A stretch of DNA of 64,000 nt, taken from a virus. The number at the start of each line of letters is the position of its first letter. The first letter of the stretch is position 1. Position numbers and translations under genes: made by a program. Below the pieces are notes generated by a model. That model saw only the letters and a list, made by a program, of their open reading frames with translations, had not been told where the DNA came from and searched no databases. Location: IMG/VR virus record IMGVR_UViG_3300042453_003986, positions 1 to 64,000 of that record, one strand, 5' to 3'. Positions 7,224-16,465 of this stretch are shown piece by piece.

Positions 7224-7490
7224 CTATTCCACGAGTTCGTTTGGCTCTACGTAGGGAAGTGCGCGCATCTCTGTGATGGTTTGTGTGAGATAGGCATAGT
7301 CAAGTGATTGCGCGATAATGTTTGCGCTGACTTTACTGTGTGCGGCAATAGACTCTACGACGTCAAGAATCTCTTCAATCTCGGCGACATCTACTCGTTG
7401 TATCGCTGCTTGTGTAAGAACATCAAGTGCGTCCTTTACCATGTCTCGAAACTGAAACACAGTAAGTTGAGAGGTCTGAAGCTCACTCAT
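7224..7490 (-). CDS. Hypothetical protein (MSELQTSQ...)
   Basis: GGAGG RBS before the ATG at 7490. Confidence 0.75.
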   Translation of the reverse strand: MSELQTSQLTVFQFRDMVKDALDVLTQAAIQRVDVAEIEEILDVVESIAAHSKVSANIIAQSLDYAYLTQTITEMRALPYVEPNELVE

Positions 7491-7641
7491 CTTTTCCTCC
7501 AAAGATACGACGAAGAATGGCCGCTGGAAGAATGACGATAGTGATCATTACGATTGCAAAGATCCAAGCGATACCAAGAGTGGTATCAACGACGCGTTCG
7601 ACAAGACGTTCTGCTTGCCAGCGGAGAAGAATCCAATTCAT
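7483..7641 (-). CDS. Small membrane protein (MNWILLRW..., one TM helix)
   Basis: ATGA overlap with the upstream stop; hydrophobic stretch LGIAWIFAIVMITIVILPAAIL. Confidence 0.65.
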   Translation of the reverse strand: MNWILLRWQAERLVERVVDTTLGIAWIFAIVMITIVILPAAILRRIFGGKDE

Positions 7642-8051
7642 TGGCCAAACCTCCATGAGTTCATCTCCCGCGTCTTTGGTGTCTTCGGCGGTGCAGGCTT
7701 GTCGATAAATACGGCAAAGGCATCTAGACAAGTGTAGAAGTCTACCTCATCCGTTGGGATGGTGTACTTGTCATCATCTTCTGATTCTCCTTCAGAAAGG
7801 AGGACGTCGTTCAGAACAACAGTACCGACAAACTCTGATGTTCCTTTTTCTGGTCCTTCTTCTCCAATACGGACAAAGCGAACAACATGAGAAATCAGAT
7901 CCGCGGTTTCTTCCGCGATTACTTCTAGATACACGTACTGGCCATACTGTTTGACGCCGCGAAACTCTGCGCCTTCAGGGATACTGACGACGGTGAAGTT
8001 TGCATTCAGTTCTGTATGGTTTACCAGCGGGATTACTCTGTATGTGAGCAT
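7638..8051 (-). CDS. Hypothetical protein, 137 aa
   Basis: AGGAG RBS. Confidence 0.8.
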   Translation of the reverse strand: MLTYRVIPLVNHTELNANFTVVSIPEGAEFRGVKQYGQYVYLEVIAEETADLISHVVRFVRIGEEGPEKGTSEFVGTVVLNDVLLSEGESEDDDKYTIPTDEVDFYTCLDAFAVFIDKPAPPKTPKTREMNSWRFGQ

Positions 8052-8060
8052 GACGGTCTC

Positions 8061-8705
8061 CTATGGTCGCTTCCGCGAGTCTATATACTGATTAAGGTCG
8101 TTGATCCATCCTTGGATATTCGGGTCTTTAGAAGGTATGCCCCGCAAGCTTTCTCCCATACCAATACGGATAAGATACAGGACATCCCAGATCTTTAACC
8201 AAACAATGTCCGCGATCTTTTGTTCGTTAATTGCCGGTGCAGCAGTCGGTGCCCGCTTCTCTAGCGCAGCGATACGCTCGGCTAGCTTGTCTGCACGGGT
8301 CGTTGCTGCTTCTGCAGCACGCTGTGCGCGGGAGGCTGCTTCGATTGCTTGCGCTAGCTGTTGAGTAAGCTGGGCTACTTGTGCGCGATCAATGTTTACG
8401 ATAGTACCAGTAACTTCAGCATCTGGCGGAATATACCCCGCGACTTTATCAAAGCCGACTTTTCCAGCGAGGTCGACCCACGCACAGATCAGCTCGCCGT
8501 TCATTACGTGTAAAGCAAGGTGTGCTCCCGGGGCAGTGTAAACATTCTCTGCTGGTTGTCCCTCTACGAGTCGCCATACGCGACCACGCCATGGCTGCTT
8601 CTTGGCCATGTCTCCGACACTTGTTGTGTATATCGCCCCGTCCTTACTAAGGACGTACTGCGGGCTATGTCCGTACGTACCGAACGGTACTCCAAGTCTA
8701 GGCAT
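8061..8705 (-). CDS. Hypothetical protein with central coiled coil (MPRLGVP...)
   Basis: AGGAG RBS before the ATG at 8705; Ala/Gln-rich heptads. Confidence 0.8.
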   Translation of the reverse strand: MPRLGVPFGTYGHSPQYVLSKDGAIYTTSVGDMAKKQPWRGRVWRLVEGQPAENVYTAPGAHLALHVMNGELICAWVDLAGKVGFDKVAGYIPPDAEVTGTIVNIDRAQVAQLTQQLAQAIEAASRAQRAAEAATTRADKLAERIAALEKRAPTAAPAINEQKIADIVWLKIWDVLYLIRIGMGESLRGIPSKDPNIQGWINDLNQYIDSRKRP

Positions 8706-8979
8706 GCGTTTTCTCCTGTAATACAACGGCTGCTGCGGCATCCAACATAAGCCGACCTACGCCGTTAAGTGCTTGAGCTGCAGCCATTTGCAGCAAAGTG
8801 ACATCTACGGTACCGTCTTCTCGTTGAGCAGGAACTGACAACACAGCGACTAACACGTCACTGCGTGGCCCAACATACATATTCCATTGATTAGGGCTGC
8901 CTTCTGGCTCTACGAGCACTCTAAGGCCACTCTCCGCAACGTATTCCCATTGCAACGTTGCTTTACTTATCGAGCTCAT
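8698..8979 (-). CDS. Hypothetical protein (MSSISKA...)
   Basis: AAGGAGG RBS before the ATG at 8979. Confidence 0.8.
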   Translation of the reverse strand: MSSISKATLQWEYVAESGLRVLVEPEGSPNQWNMYVGPRSDVLVAVLSVPAQREDGTVDVTLLQMAAAQALNGVGRLMLDAAAAVVLQEKTHA

Positions 8980-9015
8980 CGTCGCCTCCTTTGCCGCACT
9001 ACTGGCGGCCGATAT

Positions 9016-9026
9016 ATTATACCACA
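9016..9026 (-). promoter_or_regulatory. Extended -10 promoter (TGTGGTATAAT)
   Basis: TGnTATAAT about 37 nt upstream of the 8979 start, immediately 3' of the tRNA. Confidence 0.6.
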
Positions 9027-9030
9027 CCCA

Positions 9031-9106
9031 TGGCGCCAGCAGCGAGATTCGAACTCACGACATACTGCTTAGAAGGCAGTTATTCTATCCACTGAATTAT
9101 GCTGGC
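9031..9106 (-). tRNA. tRNA-Arg(UCU) with encoded CCA
   Basis: 76 nt GCCAGCA...TGCTGGCGCCA; anticodon arm ACTGC-CTTCTAA-GCAGT; GTTCGAATC T-loop. Confidence 0.95.
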
Positions 9107-9123
9107 CAGTAATCAGACATACC

Positions 9124-9153
9124 AAAAAGGGAGGAGGTTTTTACCCCCTCCCT
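9124..9153 (-). terminator. Intrinsic terminator
   Basis: AGGGAGG...CCTCCCT stem with T5 on the minus strand, just after the stop at 9165. Confidence 0.7.
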
Positions 9154-9164
9154 CCTTGTTTTAG

Positions 9165-9485
9165 TTAGTCGCCCTTGTTTTCTTCTTCTTCGCGTTTACG
9201 CTCTTCTACTTTACGCTCTTCTACGTACTCCTCTAGCGAGTCCACCGTCATCGTTTGTAGCACCATGTGGGACATTGCCGAAGAGCAGTCAGGACAAAAG
9301 CTTACTGGCAAGATCCCCGCCCAGCCCAAGTACCCCCAGTCATCGTCGCTGTAAGCGGCAGAGCATAGTACGCAAGGTTTTCCATAGGGATGAAGCGGGT
9401 CATCAATAAGCGATTGAAGCAGGCTTTTATCCTCCCCTGTGTGTGCGTGCATTCCTTCAGGCATGTTTTCCATAGAGTTCTCCAT
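9165..9485 (-). CDS. Small Zn-finger protein (CxxC...CxxC)
   Basis: CVLC and CPDC motifs. Confidence 0.75.
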   Translation of the reverse strand: MENSMENMPEGMHAHTGEDKSLLQSLIDDPLHPYGKPCVLCSAAYSDDDWGYLGWAGILPVSFCPDCSSAMSHMVLQTMTVDSLEEYVEERKVEERKREEEENKGD

Positions 9486-9802
9486 TATTTACCCCACTTT
9501 CCGCGGCGGTAAATGAGCATGATAATCGCGTAGCTGGCCAAATCCATAAGCGTGTCGTCAATAGACTCATTCTTTGGAATTGACCCCGGGTTAATTCGAC
9601 CTTTTGTCACGTCAAAGCCCAGCAAGTTGAGAAGACGTGCCATTTTATCCCACAGGCGTACTACAATTCCAACCTCACCCATTCCACCAATCGCTGACGG
9701 GCCATAGTCGGCCGTCTTTGCCGCAAACAGAGTAATGAGCTGACGAGTGATCGCCTCATATTCTGCTTGTTGTTCTGATTGGTATGCCGTTGCTTTCTCC
9801 AT
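9485..9802 (-). CDS. DUF1599 / nucleotide-modification-associated helical domain protein
   Basis: K..DYG, R.WDK..RL and ESIDDTLMDLASYAII motifs. Confidence 0.75.
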   Translation of the reverse strand: MEKATAYQSEQQAEYEAITRQLITLFAAKTADYGPSAIGGMGEVGIVVRLWDKMARLLNLLGFDVTKGRINPGSIPKNESIDDTLMDLASYAIIMLIYRRGKWGK

Positions 9803-9804
9803 TT

Positions 9805-10479
9805 TTACTTACCCTCCTCCTTGGTCTCCATAATCTCGGTAATCACCGGAAAGTAAGGGCGCAATGCTTCAAGCACTGCTACAGCTACCTGCTGGTGCTC
9901 CTTCTGCGTGCCATTTCCATTACGCGTGCCGTAGTAGTGAATCCAGCTACGGATTGACCCTTTCATATACATACGGGACATAGTGAGACCCTCTGGCAAT
10001 AACTTGCGCGCGACTTCTTTTGCAATGCCTCGACTGAGTGCGTCTACGTAGGTAGACTCTGCGAGAGCAAGCACTGCATCCTGTGCTTTGGCCCAAAAAT
10101 CGTGAAGCTCTGGGTCAGTAACCTCGATGCTGCTCTGTCGGTTCTTCTTGTCTTGCAAGCGCGCCTCTGAACGAGCAAAACCTAGCGACAGAACACTTGC
10201 GTATCGTTGACTAAACTCCTGAAAAACAAACGATCTGTGACGCAAAATTTGACGAGAGATGTCTCGGGTCGTATGTATTTCTACGATCACATCTACCATG
10301 TCAAATGGTGACCAGTGGCCTTCACGCAACAATCGCCGTAAAAGACGTTCAGAAGTCTCAACGTTTGCCTGATTCTCTGGGTTAGACACTCGACCCATGT
10401 ACACAATGAACTCTTCCGGCGTCATTGCCGGAAGGTCATCTCCGATTGGTTGGGTCATACCGCGAATTTGTACCTGCAT
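9805..10479 (-). CDS. thyX: FAD-dependent thymidylate synthase ThyX
   Basis: HWSPF and RQILRHRSF.FQEFSQRY signature; AKEVARKLLP; TQKEH. Confidence 0.95.
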   Translation of the reverse strand: MQVQIRGMTQPIGDDLPAMTPEEFIVYMGRVSNPENQANVETSERLLRRLLREGHWSPFDMVDVIVEIHTTRDISRQILRHRSFVFQEFSQRYASVLSLGFARSEARLQDKKNRQSSIEVTDPELHDFWAKAQDAVLALAESTYVDALSRGIAKEVARKLLPEGLTMSRMYMKGSIRSWIHYYGTRNGNGTQKEHQQVAVAVLEALRPYFPVITEIMETKEEGK

Positions 10480-10481
10480 AG

Positions 10482-10652
10482 CTACTCCATTGTAAAGTCT
10501 ACTTGACCGTAATGATTCCGTTGCAAAATCTCGCGGGTTTCTCGCAGCGATTGCTCTACCTCGCGGTACGTAGGATGCGGCTCATCATACTCTGGCGTGA
10601 TCTCCGTCTCTTCCGCATTACACGTGCACTCTAGCTCGTCTGGACAGCTCAC
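10482..10652 (-). CDS. Small hypothetical protein, 56 aa, absent from the ORF track
   Basis: GAGGAGG RBS, GTG start, TAG stop; fills the gap exactly. Confidence 0.65.
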   Translation of the reverse strand: MSCPDELECTCNAEETEITPEYDEPHPTYREVEQSLRETREILQRNHYGQVDFTME

Positions 10653-11665
10653 TAGCTTCCTCCTCGCAAATACGTCAGGTAGTCAGCTGCTACCTTCAAG
10701 TCTGAATTATACCACACTTTTCCGTCTGGTAGAAAGATAATAGCCCCACAACCGTTTGTCATTGTTTCGGCGAAGCCTACTTCTTTTGAAAAAGGGTCGA
10801 TACGCTTATATGCCCCAGTAAGGACGGCCAGTCGTTCTCGACGGTGGCGAAAGAACGGTCGAATAAGCGTACCGATGTGCGTGTGCCCGCCCACGCCGAT
10901 GTCGAACTGATCGGACATGCGATCGTACCCTACTTCAATTCCGTGAGTAGGATTAAATATGCTTGACCATTTCCACTGGTGGCGAACCAGCACATCCCAG
11001 CTACCATCACCACAAGTAAGATTGACGCGCACTTCGTAAGGATCGTACAGTACTTGCGTTTCTCCAAGCAGTGTAGGTAGAATATCTAACCCGGCCATCT
11101 TCTTGGTCCAGTTGTCATGATTACCAGACACGACGAGTAGTAGCTTTTCGTGAATTAGCTCAACCCATCGACGAAACATCGCAACCTCCTCCGAGTGGTT
11201 GACAGCCTGCCCTCGTTGAATCGCTTGCAGTTTCCCGACTACCCAGTTGTCTATACCGTCGCCGTGAAATGCGGCATACATGCCCGGAGTGTTTACAATA
11301 GTTTGCGTGTCTTCCCAGATCGCGGCGTAGTCAGTGCCACTACTCCCCAGATGCAAATCAGACAGCCATGCAACGGCTGTCGGTTTGTTGCCGAGATCGA
11401 TCTGCTGGCGAGTCTTTTCAACGTGAGTTTGTCGAGTAATCTCAAACTTCTTAGCCGCGGCTGTCCACAGCGAGTCCGCGTAGTCGGCAGAGTAAGTGCT
11501 CGCAGTGACACCGCGGATAGTCGGACCTTCGACAGCCTGCAAACCCCGCAAAGCTGCCTCCGCGTCCTCTCGGGTAGCAAACCGCCCTTTGTGCTCGTAG
11601 CGTTTATTGACTGGATCCCACACACGAACTCCATATCGTCCGTTACTATAGTACAGACCCTTCAC
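10652..11665 (-). CDS. Calcineurin-like metallophosphoesterase with N-terminal AP2-like domain
   Basis: SDLHLG, GDGID, GNHD and GHTH motifs; N-terminal Y.VRV.......HKGRF.T.E.A. Confidence 0.85.
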   Translation of the reverse strand: MKGLYYSNGRYGVRVWDPVNKRYEHKGRFATREDAEAALRGLQAVEGPTIRGVTASTYSADYADSLWTAAAKKFEITRQTHVEKTRQQIDLGNKPTAVAWLSDLHLGSSGTDYAAIWEDTQTIVNTPGMYAAFHGDGIDNWVVGKLQAIQRGQAVNHSEEVAMFRRWVELIHEKLLLVVSGNHDNWTKKMAGLDILPTLLGETQVLYDPYEVRVNLTCGDGSWDVLVRHQWKWSSIFNPTHGIEVGYDRMSDQFDIGVGGHTHIGTLIRPFFRHRRERLAVLTGAYKRIDPFSKEVGFAETMTNGCGAIIFLPDGKVWYNSDLKVAADYLTYLRGGS

Positions 11666-11858
11666 CGGTCACCTCCTGCCAACAAGCCTTAAAGAACTTG
11701 GCCACTTCTTTCCGCCGCTCTTCTTCAGTCCACACAGAGACGTGGCTCACAAAAAATACCGCATCTTGATTGTACCATTGATTACCAAGTACCGATACTA
11801 GCTGATTTGGATGATCGTACTCAACACGCAGTCCGTACCGAGAAAGCAATTCATACAT
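11646..11858 (-). CDS. Hypothetical protein, 70 aa
   Basis: Operon packing; GGAGG upstream. Confidence 0.7.
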   Translation of the reverse strand: MYELLSRYGLRVEYDHPNQLVSVLGNQWYNQDAVFFVSHVSVWTEEERRKEVAKFFKACWQEVTGEGSVL

Positions 11859-12245
11859 TTAGTCCTCCCCTTCAACAGGCGTAAGAATTTCTACAAAAGT
11901 GCTGTAGTACGCTTTGAAGATTGATAGTGCGACCGGCTGCAGTTGCGGGGGTACTTTCTGTATTACGCTTTGATCCTGCACCTGCAGCCGTCGCCCCAGT
12001 AGCTCAAACGAGAATCGCAATGAACTTTTTACCACATCTACGTGGACTTGATGGATCATTGCGATCTCGGCTAATGTGTATCCTGCACACCACTGATTTA
12101 AAAACAAAAGACCCTTTGCGTGATGATCAACGATAAACCGCGCATTTCGCTCAATTTCGCAACGTATAGCGATGGCAAAATCGTGATCGAGTCGCTCATG
12201 GCCAAAGTCGCGTAAGAGTTCCCGCATCAATAACCGTATCTCCAT
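11859..12245 (-). CDS. Putative sigma-70 region 4-like HTH protein
   Basis: GYTLAEIAMIHQVHVDVVKSSL resembles the sigma4 HTH. Confidence 0.55.
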   Translation of the reverse strand: MEIRLLMRELLRDFGHERLDHDFAIAIRCEIERNARFIVDHHAKGLLFLNQWCAGYTLAEIAMIHQVHVDVVKSSLRFSFELLGRRLQVQDQSVIQKVPPQLQPVALSIFKAYYSTFVEILTPVEGED

Positions 12246-12966
12246 ACTTTGTTGGCCAGCACAAGTCCTTGTGTGCGCACACCGTATCGCAGAAGTATCC
12301 GCGTGTAATCTTCTCGAATTCGGTGTCGTTTAAAATCTGAGCCAGCTCCTCCTCTAAGTGAGATAGTTTGGTCTCGAAGTCGTCGAGAACGCGAGCCTCC
12401 ACCAGTTCCTGCGTCCGTAAGTGATGCCAGTATACTTTCTTCGGCAGTTCTCCAGTAGTTAAGCGGTATGCCCAGCAGTAGATAATCAACTGCGGGTTAT
12501 GTGCGAGCTCTGCTGCACTAGGTTTTTTAGCACCACTTTTATGGTCGATAATGTATCCTTCAGCAGTAATCATGTCGATAAATCCCCGCATTTGTACAAG
12601 CGGGTGTTTATCTGGAAATGCGTAGCTAAACCCAACTTCGATCTGTACCGGATTGAACGCCCACCACGGTAGTTTCGTCAGGATGTCCTGACCCAATGCT
12701 GCAGCTTTGCTAACAAGGTTTTGGCCAACAAGAGCAGAGCGGTCCATCGCCTCGCCGATGCCCTGATTAAACTGTGTCGAGAAGACACCAGCTGCACTCT
12801 TCTCGTACTTGTAATGCTGCTCAATGGCCGCGTGTAAAGCGCTGCCCATTACAGTGTACGCATGTGTGTTGCTCGGCAAGTTATCAATGTACTGATGTCT
12901 GTATAAGCGTGGACACTTGCGGTACAGATTAAACCGAGAAGCACTAAACGGTGGTAATTCGGTCAC
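12196..12966 (-). CDS. PD-(D/E)XK exonuclease, Cas4/RecB-like
   Basis: SASR...Y..CP, GSALH, E...GFID...IIDHKSG, QL..Y and C-terminal Cys cluster. Confidence 0.9.
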   Translation of the reverse strand: MTELPPFSASRFNLYRKCPRLYRHQYIDNLPSNTHAYTVMGSALHAAIEQHYKYEKSAAGVFSTQFNQGIGEAMDRSALVGQNLVSKAAALGQDILTKLPWWAFNPVQIEVGFSYAFPDKHPLVQMRGFIDMITAEGYIIDHKSGAKKPSAAELAHNPQLIIYCWAYRLTTGELPKKVYWHHLRTQELVEARVLDDFETKLSHLEEELAQILNDTEFEKITRGYFCDTVCAHKDLCWPTKYGDTVIDAGTLTRLWP

Positions 12967-13313
12967 GTGTTTTCTCCTAACGGTGCTTCATAACGAAGCT
13001 TTATTGTATAAGCGGCAGATGCAAACATAGACTTCTGAAACTCGAGCGCCTTGACGTATGCCTCAAGGCTAGCCAACTCTACTTTAAGTTCGGTAAGCTC
13101 ATCTAGCAGCTTGGAGCTGAGCTCGATCTTGCGTGCACGAGCTGCGTTACTTCGCGGCTTGTCTTCTTCAAGGGCTACTTGCTCAGAGATGCGCTCGAGC
13201 TCGCGTTCTTTCTGAAGTACGAGACCGCGGAATCGGCCCAACGCTGCGTACGCGCGAGTCATGTCATAGTAATCCGGCGCGTTCTTTACCCACTCGTCAA
13301 GAGTGTCACTCAT
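12963..13313 (-). CDS. Coiled-coil protein, possible recombination mediator
   Basis: Heptad-rich, between the recA-like gene and the exonuclease; function inferred from position only. Confidence 0.55.
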   Translation of the reverse strand: MSDTLDEWVKNAPDYYDMTRAYAALGRFRGLVLQKERELERISEQVALEEDKPRSNAARARKIELSSKLLDELTELKVELASLEAYVKALEFQKSMFASAAYTIKLRYEAPLGENT

Positions 13314-14239
13314 TGCTGACCTCCAATAACTTTCGACCGAATGTCGGCCAAATCAAACAACTCGGCTGCAGCACTCAAACCTTGTGCCTTTGTTCCATTA
13401 TACTCATACCAAGATCCTGCTTTTTTGATAATCCCCGCCTCAAGAGCGAGAGAAAGCAGGTCAAGGTCAGCCGCCAAGCCTTTGCCCTGTCGCATCATGT
13501 ACTCGGTGCGGTTTCCCGTCACTCCCTGTTTTGACTTGGTTACCGTAGCCTGCACAGTGGTGAGCTGGTCTTCTGTCTTAAGACGTACCAACTCAATGAT
13601 TATCCCCGAGCTATATCGAAGACTGTACGGGCCGTACGGCTTCTTCATAGTCCGAGCCATCGGCGAGATGTTCGCGCGGTACTGATTGACAAAGATGAAC
13701 AGGGCTTGCGCGGTGTCTACTAGCCCTACCAACCGACGCAACCAGCGACTCAGCAGGCCCGCACTGCCCGCCATGCGTTCTGGGTCTGAGATCTCCTTGT
13801 CAAATTCGTCCTTGGTTACCATAGCTGGAACCGAGTCGAACACTACAATCTGTAGACCCTGCCGCAGCAGCCCCTCAATTTGAGGAAGTGCCTGCTCTAC
13901 AATCGAAGGTTTGTAGACTACGAGTTTTGATGTATCCACCCCGATCGCTGCTGCATACGCGGGATCAAACGTGCGCTCCAAGTCGACAAACAAGGCGTTT
14001 ACTTGGCGCGTGCTCTTGCCTACGGTCACTTCAATAGTAGCTGCCGTAGGCTGAGCCTGTGCAATAAAGTCCAGCGCCAGCGTGGTCTTACCGTGGCCGG
14101 GATCTGCTAGCAACTGCACAAGCAGACCGCCGCGAATGCCCCCACCAAGAGCCTGATTGAGTGACTCTACACTTGAGCGGTAGTACGTATAGTCTACCGG
14201 AGCATCCCCAAAACCCATACCCGAAGAATCAAATTTCAC
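13310..14239 (-). CDS. recA: RecA/UvsX-like recombinase
   Basis: ALGGGIRGG, Walker A ADPGHGKTT, FVDLER.FDP.YA..IGVD, VFDSV and FVNQYR. Confidence 0.92.
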   Translation of the reverse strand: MKFDSSGMGFGDAPVDYTYYRSSVESLNQALGGGIRGGLLVQLLADPGHGKTTLALDFIAQAQPTAATIEVTVGKSTRQVNALFVDLERTFDPAYAAAIGVDTSKLVVYKPSIVEQALPQIEGLLRQGLQIVVFDSVPAMVTKDEFDKEISDPERMAGSAGLLSRWLRRLVGLVDTAQALFIFVNQYRANISPMARTMKKPYGPYSLRYSSGIIIELVRLKTEDQLTTVQATVTKSKQGVTGNRTEYMMRQGKGLAADLDLLSLALEAGIIKKAGSWYEYNGTKAQGLSAAAELFDLADIRSKVIGGQQ

Positions 14240-16155
14240 TTGTCATACCTCATACTAATTGCGGGATCGACAATTACGCTGTTTCCTAGTTTTGGAAGTA
14301 CCTCCCGCGCGGCTTCTTCCATTGCCTCCTTTAGTATAACACGAGCTTCAGGAGCATACAACTCTGTAGACTCTACAATAATCTCGTCGTGCACGGTCGA
14401 TACAATAACCGCCCGTTTACGCTCTAATCGATCGAACGTCTTCACAAGCGCAAGCTTGACCATCGTTGCAGACAACGCTTGAATGGGGAAATTGCTGCCC
14501 TCGCGCTCTGCCGCCGCACGCACCCACTGGCGAAAGAATTGACTCGTATCCCACCAACGCCGCCGACCATAACTGTCCGCAACAAACCCGCGAACAATTA
14601 CCGAGCGCGAGCTCTGTTCAAGCCATTGGGTGGCTTGAGGAAACAAACGATGCCAGTCCTTGATAATTGCCTCAGCCTTGGGAGCGGCAATCTTTACCCC
14701 CAGCGGACCGAGCTGAATAGTCATCTGCTTGGCCAAACTCTCCGCGCCGACTGAGTACGCAATCGAGTAGTTGACCATCTTGGCGACGTCGCGCCAAATC
14801 TTAAACGGGTGGCTCTTCTTGTTCTCGTTTGTAATATCCTTTACACCAAGGACATGTTTTGCCACGTACGTGTGTAAATCCTCTAAGTTAGTGATAAGCC
14901 CCTCGTCTCCACTCGCATCTGCGATGATCACCAGCTCAATAGTCGAGTAGTCAGCGATAATCAACCGGCGATTTTCTTTGGCCACTTGAAACGCGTGACG
15001 AATAGAGTCGTTGATGTTTAGACTCTTCATCTTCTGATCGGAGGGGATGTTCTGCAGGTTCGGTGCAGAGCTGCTAAAGCGCCCAGTGGCAGCCCCGATT
15101 TGTTTGAACGTGCAGTGCACCCGCTTTGTTACCGGATTTTGCATCTGCTGCAGCCCGACGACGTATGTAGAATGGAGTTTTTTCGCCCCCACGAGGTACG
15201 CGTATAAGCGCAGCATTTGATTCTCGTAGCGGCCAAACGCGTCTACAGACTCAAGAAGATCCCCATCGTTTACCAAGTCCTCCAGTCGATAGTCCGGAGC
15301 AGTCTTGCGGTTCCTAAAATCCCACTCAGTCAAGCTCCGCGCGCTAAGACTGTCGGTATCTATGCCCAACGCGTTAAAGACACGAAGCATTTGCTTCGTT
15401 GAAGACGTGTTAATGACCTGCACTCCCTCACGACTTACAAGCACGCACTCAGCAAGCCCTGACTGCAGCACCATGTCCTGAAGAGCCCGATCAGCGCGCT
15501 CAATGACATCTTGAAGTACTGGCTCCAACTGGGCCAAATGCGCGGCGTTCAAGGGCATACCGTAGTACTCCATCATGGCAACTACGGGCACTAAGCGCAT
15601 CTCCAGCGAGTATACTTTTAACAGTTCATTCTCTGTAAGAAGCTGCAAGTGTAAAGGGTATAGACGACGAAGATACACTACGTCAGCGGCCGCGTAGTCT
15701 ATCTGAGCCTGCGTTAGCGAAGTAAACCCATCAGTAAACCCATCACGTACTGTCTTATCTACGTCCTCATCAAATCGACGCTTTACAGTCGCCTGTAAGC
15801 TGACTCGCTCATTGAGTCCCGCAGTCAGTAAACTCTCAGTAACCATCGTGTCATGGACGTTCTGCAGCAGATACCGCCCAAAGTGAAACAACACCTTAAG
15901 GTCGAATGTTGCGTTGTGCAAAACCTTGACGGTACGTTGTTGCGTCAGCAATTCTTCAAATTCCTGCAAAGAGTCTAAAGGCAGCTTAGTGTAGTCGTAG
16001 ACGTACACTTCCTGTTCGTCGGCGATCTGCAAAAGCAGCAAACGCATTGAGTAGGGGTCTAGGCCTGTAGTCTCGGTATCGATGTACAGTACCGCAGCGC
16101 GAGACAACTCCTGCACAGATTGAGTAAGCTCAGCAACATCAGAAATCAGTTTCAT
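14236..16155 (-). CDS. polA: Family A DNA polymerase with 3'-5' exonuclease
   Basis: DTETTG, HNATFD, YAAAD, TGRFSS..PNLQNIP, ADYSTIE, R..AK.VNY and VHDE. Confidence 0.95.
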   Translation of the reverse strand: MKLISDVAELTQSVQELSRAAVLYIDTETTGLDPYSMRLLLLQIADEQEVYVYDYTKLPLDSLQEFEELLTQQRTVKVLHNATFDLKVLFHFGRYLLQNVHDTMVTESLLTAGLNERVSLQATVKRRFDEDVDKTVRDGFTDGFTSLTQAQIDYAAADVVYLRRLYPLHLQLLTENELLKVYSLEMRLVPVVAMMEYYGMPLNAAHLAQLEPVLQDVIERADRALQDMVLQSGLAECVLVSREGVQVINTSSTKQMLRVFNALGIDTDSLSARSLTEWDFRNRKTAPDYRLEDLVNDGDLLESVDAFGRYENQMLRLYAYLVGAKKLHSTYVVGLQQMQNPVTKRVHCTFKQIGAATGRFSSSAPNLQNIPSDQKMKSLNINDSIRHAFQVAKENRRLIIADYSTIELVIIADASGDEGLITNLEDLHTYVAKHVLGVKDITNENKKSHPFKIWRDVAKMVNYSIAYSVGAESLAKQMTIQLGPLGVKIAAPKAEAIIKDWHRLFPQATQWLEQSSRSVIVRGFVADSYGRRRWWDTSQFFRQWVRAAAEREGSNFPIQALSATMVKLALVKTFDRLERKRAVIVSTVHDEIIVESTELYAPEARVILKEAMEEAAREVLPKLGNSVIVDPAISMRYDK

Positions 16156-16465
16156 GTAGCACCTGCATCGTTATACGAGTACCATCTACAAACACCAACG
16201 CCAACCCGTCGGCTACACCGACAATAGTAAAATCTTCCCGAACTACGCAAAGCGGACAGTGGTCTTCGTACTCAAAAGCAATCACAGGCGGCGTGTACGC
16301 CTTTCCTGTATCCGCAGTCCGTTTCTTGGGCGGATACGGAAGCGCAGTCACTGACTGCGCCCGTACATCTACCAACTTGGCGGCAAAGCGGTACAGGTCT
16401 TTTACGTTAACCCGCACTTTCTGCCCTACGAGACCCGCATACGGGGCCTTATCCACCTTCACCAT
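16139..16465 (-). CDS. Hypothetical protein, 108 aa
   Basis: AAGGAG RBS; operon packing. Confidence 0.75.
   Translation of the reverse strand: MVKVDKAPYAGLVGQKVRVNVKDLYRFAAKLVDVRAQSVTALPYPPKKRTADTGKAYTPPVIAFEYEDHCPLCVVREDFTIVGVADGLALVFVDGTRITMQVLHETDF

Noticed and set aside
9031-9106. tRNA as a prophage attachment site
   Set aside because: No duplicated 3' fragment seen, no integrase, and phage genes lie on both sides
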